Part shown: one piece after another, positions 58,635-64,000 of the stretch
Layout: the number at the start of each line of letters is the position of its first letter
Position numbering within the stretch: the first letter of the stretch is position 1
DNA from: Pseudovirgaria hyperparasitica
Lineage: Eukaryota
DNA length: 64,000 bases
Assembly: GCA_010093815.1 (NCBI GenBank)
Contig: ML996577.1
Reading direction: 5' to 3' (one strand)
Program-made: the position numbers and the translations under genes
Notes under the pieces: generated by a model
The model's database searches: none
What the model saw: only the letters and a program-made list of their open reading frames with translations
What the model was told of the DNA's origin: nothing

Positions 58635-60969
58635 ATGCAGCTTTTCAGAAAAACGCATAACGCAGAAGCGACCGCTTCAGCAAACCGCCAAAACCTCGTT
58701 CTCCCGGACAACTTGCCTTGCTATATGATTCCGTACGGTCGGAACCTCAAGTTCTATGGCAGGGAAGCGGAACTCGACGAGATCAAGACCGTCCTTGATC
58801 CAACGCCACAGAGCGATGATCTCAAAGTGCTTTCGATTTGCGGCCTCGGCGGAGTTGGCAAAACACAACTTGCTCTGCAGTATGCAAATACGATGATGGA
58901 GTCGTATGACGCGGTAGCTTGGATACCTGCCGATACACAGGCCATACTTGTCCGGGCACTCGCCATGTTCGCTGCGAAGCTAGGTCTGATGAAAGACGGC
59001 AGCGAGGACGATCTACAGGCTGTTCAGAAGGTTCGAGACTGGCTTAGCACCGCCGGAAGGAGGGTTCTGCTCGTCTTTGATAATCTTGAGGACGTGCAGA
59101 TACTGAGTCAGGTCTGGCCATGGGCTGGGAATGGATCTTTCATTATAACGACTCGCTCGCCGGCAGTCGCATCGGGACGAGCCAGGTGTGTATTGCACCT
59201 GAAGTCATTCGAGACGAGTACAGCAGTAAAGGTGTTGAATGAATTGACTGGCATTCAAGCTCTTGAAGAGAGCGAGAAGCAAGCTGCGATTGAGATCTGC
59301 CAGTCAATCGGCGGACTACCTCTAGCGATAGTCCACATGAGTTCCTTCATACAGGACCGTGGCTCCACCTACGAAGAGTTTCTAGATTTGTTCAAGAAGC
59401 ACGCAGAAAGGATCCTTGCCAGCTCTCAGACTCAGGTCGATTACGATCATACTCTGTATACTGTATGGGACTCGTCAATGCAGTCCCTATCTACCAACGC
59501 AAAGACACTACTCAGCCTTCTCTCCTTTTTCGATCCCAACGCAATTCCAGAACGGTTTTTGACGAACCCCCAAAATCAAATTACTGATCCGCGGTTTGAG
59601 TTCTTGAGTGATGACTTCGCGTAAGCTCGCTTCTGAATGTGTGTAAAAGTTTCACTGACATACGTCGCAGCTTCGGCGATGCCGTCTCAGAGTTGATCAC
59701 CAAGGCGTCCCTTGTCGACAGACTGACCTCAGCGAAGTCAATCTCCATGAATCGTCTTGTCAAGATTGTCTCTTCAGTACGAGTGCCAGAAGAAGAGCGC
59801 ACAGTGTATTTCAATACCACGATCCAAATGCTGTCTAACGCATTCCCGAACACTTGGGACAGCAGAGTAGATCAACAAGGCCATGGATTCCAGTCATGGG
59901 AGACCTGTAGTGCTGTTGTTGCACACGTTTCCTCGCTCATGGTACTGCAGGAACAGTATGGCTTGGAAGCGACGAACACAGAAGCCTTTGCAGAGCTTGT
60001 ATTCCGTATTGGCACGTAAGTCAACTAGCCTCCAGTAACAGCTCAACTCCCAGGATACTTACGCTCAAGTGTAGATACTTGTGGGAGAGTGAGCAGCCCC
60101 TGACTGCCAAGACGTTCTTTGAATATGGCCTGCACTTGGGTATTGACCCTGAGAGTCGAGTGTACGCCCATGTGTACCGCTTACTAGGTCACATTGCCCT
60201 CGACATCGCACAGCCCAGAGCCGCCCTTGCAGCATACCAGAGAGCATATGAAGTAACAGAGCTTCTCGATGGGCCCGAGTCCATCGCCGTCGGCGAAGTC
60301 TTAGATTCACTGGCATGCAGCTGCGCAGAAATCGGCGACGTACTCAGAGCTCGCGCATATCTCGAACGATCAGACGAGATCAACCAAGCACAAAACGGTC
60401 GAACTTCGAGCCGCACACAGGCCATCTTCGCACTCGCGTACCTACGCGGCCACGAACCAGAGGAAGCATTGGATGCGTTAAATCTGTGTTGGAGACTCCA
60501 GGGTAAGACTGGAAAGGAGATTAAGTACTCCCAATATCCAAAACATGCCGGGGACATCGTTCTTTATGCACGTATCAAATTCGCTCTGGGCCAGAAAGAC
60601 GAGGCACGACAACTAGTGTTGAGGTCAATTGAGATGCGCCGAGGCATATTCAGTTCTAAAGGACCCCGTGTCGCAGATTCGCTCTTCATCCTGGCGAGGA
60701 TGTTAGAGGATGAAGCAGAGGAAAACGCCGCGGCGAAGATGTATCGCGAGATTATCGACATGAATTGCGGTTCTGCGGAAATGAAGGGCCATCTCGCCCG
60801 CAGTCTTTGGTTTCTTGCTGGAGTAGAGGGGCGTCTAGGGAGAGCAGACTATGCGAGTGATCTAAGAAAACTTGCAAATGAAGAGCGAGCAAAGATCATG
60901 GGTCGAGAACATCTTGACGAGGACACAGATGAGGCTTTCATGAGTCTGGTCGGATGGATGCTTTGGTGA
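58635..60969 (+). CDS. NLR-like STAND protein: NB-ARC plus TPR repeats, 3 exons (introns about 59621-59670 and 60016-60075); start uncertain
   Basis: RNLKFYGRE, P-loop GLGGVGKT, Walker B LLVFDNLED, FIITTRS, GGLPLAI, LLSFFDPNAIPE, followed by TPR-like helices. Confidence 0.88.
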
Positions 60970-61285
60970 GGGTTTTGTATGTCTGTAGACATTATAGAAA
61001 CGTCATTCATACTATGCAGAATCGACCCAACGCAATCATACCGTAAGTCTCAATTACAGGAGATCTTCAAACGCGACCTGGACCATATAGTACATATTAT
61101 TCTTGGTGAAGCCGACCTACCAGCACATGGAAACGCCAAGACGCTAGTATTTATCAAGCTAGTGGGCTTAAGCGAAACTTCGCGCACCATTTTGAGTCGC
61201 ACCTCAACTCGTTCAAGACGACTACCAACGAAGCGACGAAGCGCCCCGACAATTCCGGCACGATTTTAACTCATATATCGCAGAA

Positions 61286-62032
61286 ATGTCTTCAAAAAGA
61301 GGGTATGTTGCTCCAACCCAGCTCTCAAGAGCTCACCGAGAATACTATGGCAAAAGACTGACATTAAAAACAGTCGCGGTTCCTCCTCCGGTAACAAGCT
61401 CAAGATGACGCTTGGTCTGCCAGTGTATGTCCCCGAGATTCTCGATTTCGCCTGTCCCATAACTCCATATACCTGAAGAGGCGGATAGAAGTTTTTCAAA
61501 AGTTGAATATCGGCTAATGTTTTTACAGCGGTGCCGTCATGAACTGCTGCGACAACTCCGGTGCCCGCAACTTGTACATCATCTCCGTGAAGGGTATCGG
61601 TGCGCGCTTGAACAGACTTCCTGCTGGTGGTGTGGGTGACATGGTCATGGCCACTGTCAAGAAGGGAAAGCCCGAATTGCGAAAGAAGGTCATGCCCGCA
61701 GTCATCGTCAGGCAAAGCAAGCCGTGGAGGAGAGCGGACGGTGTCTTCCTCTACTTCGAAGATAACGCTGGTGTGGTAAGTTGATACTCAAGAAATAGTC
61801 GGACACAGGACCCTCGAGGCAACCTGGAGAGAACGGCTATCGAGGGAACACAACCGCTGACATGTCGACAGATTGTCAACCCGAAAGGTGAAATGAAGGG
61901 ATCTGCCATCACTGGACCTGTAGGAAAGGAAGCTGCCGAGCTGTGGCCAGTAAGTCAAAACTATCTCATGACTTTGTATCAATCTAACCTATCTTGCAGC
62001 GTATTGCCAGTAACTCAGGTGTGGTGATGTGA
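61286..62032 (+). CDS. RPL23: 60S ribosomal protein L23 (uL14), 5 exons
   Basis: [54 protein letters not shown]...[44 protein letters not shown]. Confidence 0.97.
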
Positions 62033-62435
62033 GCTTTGGTATTTCCCTGTTGATGTTCTTTATGAGGTTATCCGGGCATGCGCTACATGCATTTGGTGTC
62101 ACGGACATGGGGTAGACTTTTGCTATAAAGAAGCAAGAGACCAAACCAAATCAAGCAAATAAATCAATTAGTCCAACACTCTGGAACCTGCGGACTGGAA
62201 CGTGAACGGGAAATGACGTATTGACGAATATTGCTGATATCAACTGAGGTGCTATACCGTGATGTCAACCCGTGTGATTATGCATTCGTATCGCTGTTGA
62301 GATCATGGCGGCTACGGCTGAGGCACGCAAGGCTGAGGGCGCGAACAAGAACGCCCCACCGAGGGCCGCCCCTGAGTTTACCCAGCACTCTTTTCTTGAA
62401 TCGCGTCGCTCTTCCGCCAACACCACAATGTCTTG

Positions 62436-64000
62436 ATGCAAAAGTCCGTACTTTTACTCCGGCTCGTCCGGGTTCTATTTCCTCTTTCTGTTATTGGCAC
62501 CGTGTATATTTACTTTTACCCTTTCTTCCACAAATGTCACTTCCCCGAGCCGTGGACCGCGCCCGACTGGAACGAGCAATGCGCCCACTATGTACGAGAA
62601 CCACATATAGCACCCTTCCGACTCCTTGCACTTGGTGACCCGCAGCTCGAAGGAGACAGTTCCCTTCCTGGCGGTGCTATCGAGCCACCTCCCAGCATAC
62701 CTTCTATATGGCGCGACACGTTGGGCTTGAGTGAGGAGCCACGCGCATGGGTTGACATACTTCAATACGACATTCCCGACCTGTTCGTGAAATGGCGGAA
62801 ACAGATAGATCTCTTCGGCAACGACTTCTACCTCGCACATCAGTATCGCACCATGCGTTGGTGGACGCGCCCATCCCACATATCCGTGCTAGGGGACCTC
62901 CTTGGGAGTCAGTGGAGTACGGACGAGGAGTATGAAAGTCGATCGCAAAGGTTTTGGAATAGAGTCTTTAAGGGAGGACTCAAGGTTTCAACAGACATCA
63001 CTTCACCGAATGAGACAACGGGCAGAGTGGAGGTGCTGGGGGACGACGTGCTTTGGGAACAACGGCTCATCAATATTGTGGGCAATCATGATGTTGGGTA
63101 AGTCCGCAGGTGACTAGAATACATGTCACATAGCGCTGACAGAGAATTAGATACGCCGGCGATCTGGATGAAACTAGAGTCGATCGGTTTGAAAGAGCGT
63201 TCGGCCAAGTTAATTGGGACATACGCTTTGAACTGCCGCAGTTCTCTTTAACGAACCTGAATCTAAATGAAACGACAGAAAAGATACCGTCGCTGCATAT
63301 AATCGTCCTGAACTCCATGAACCTCGATGGACCGGTACTATCGGAGAAGCTACAAGGAGACACTTACAAGTTCATCAACGATGTCATAAGTTCCAGATCC
63401 GCTCCAGTTGAGGATCATACATCCGCCACACTACTGCTCACTCATATACCGCTGCACAAAGAAGACGGCGTCTGCATTGACGGGCCATTCTTCGACTACT
63501 TCCCATCAGAAGAAGGCGGGGGGATAAGAGAACAAAACCATCTTAGTGAACATGGAACCAAATCGGTGCTCCAGGGAATCTTCGGTCTCAGTGGGAACAA
63601 AGGAGCTCCCGGCAATGGCCTGGGCCGAAACGGTCTCATAGTAAACGGACATGATCACGAAGGTTGCGACGTATGGCATAGCATTCGCTATGGGGAGGAA
63701 TCATGGCGAGCGGAGCGGTATCCGCCCGCGCAGAACACGAGTGAATCAATGTCCTTACCTGGCATCCGCGAAGTCAATCCCGGTCTTCGCGAGATCACAC
63801 TCCGAAGCATGATGGGGGAGTTTGGTGGCTATGCAGGCTTGCTTAGTGCATGGTACGATCCGGGAGCTGGCAAATGGGAGTTTGCCTTTGACTACTGTAG
63901 CATGGGCATTCAGCACTACTGGTGGGCGATTCATATTGTGGACATCGTCACCATTATTTGTATTCTCGCCATCATCCCTGTCCGGCTCTTAGAGCGATTG
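62436..64000 (+). CDS. TED1: Ted1-like metallophosphoesterase (GPI remodelling), runs off the window end
   Basis: N-terminal TM, LALGDPQLEG, DLFGNDFYLAH, VLGDLLGSQW, GNHDVG|Y, LNSMNLDGP, LLTHIPL, NGHDHEGC, EITLRSMMGEFGG. Confidence 0.85.

Noticed and set aside
58635..58710. Amyloid signalling motif at the NLR N-terminus
   Set aside because: It is N/A/Q-rich but lacks the G-N/G-Q pattern of known HRAM, PP or sigma motifs, and no adjacent effector gene is present.
61303..61999. Intronic snoRNA in RPL23
   Set aside because: No convincing box C (RTGATGA) and box D pair or H/ACA structure was seen in the introns.

Overview
Gene-dense, intron-containing DNA from a filamentous ascomycete, probably a Dothideomycete (inferred from gene content and short GT-AG introns with CTRAC branch points). 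The ORF track breaks most genes into exon fragments. Left part (1-18 kb): housekeeping genes YME2, BET1, APC15-like, an FAH-family hydrolase, IWS1, TOM5, Nup54/57 and NDUFA8, plus a HET-domain protein with a membrane-spanning tail and a DUF2011-like gene. Middle part (18-43.5 kb): an accessory-looking block with orphan ORFs, a probable solo LTR and TpA-rich RIP-like DNA around a compact four-gene secondary-metabolite cluster. The cluster holds a Zn2Cys6 regulator, an intronless 2543-aa NRPS-PKS hybrid (A-T-KS-AT-KR-ACP-R), a divergent threonine-aldolase-family PLP enzyme and an MCT-type MFS transporter. The hybrid has the SwnK domain order, but its A domain reads as a glycine-type code (DILQIGVVWK) and no swainsonine tailoring genes are present. 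This cluster is the best candidate for an undescribed system. Right part (43.7-64 kb): a secreted choice-of-anchor-B-like protein, proline dehydrogenase, malic enzyme, a Cys/Met PLP enzyme, cyclophilin, ENT3, a Dabb gene with no ATG in its first exon, an NB-ARC-TPR NLR with no N-terminal effector, RPL23 and a TED1-like gene running off the end. All calls come from motif reading by eye; no searches were run.
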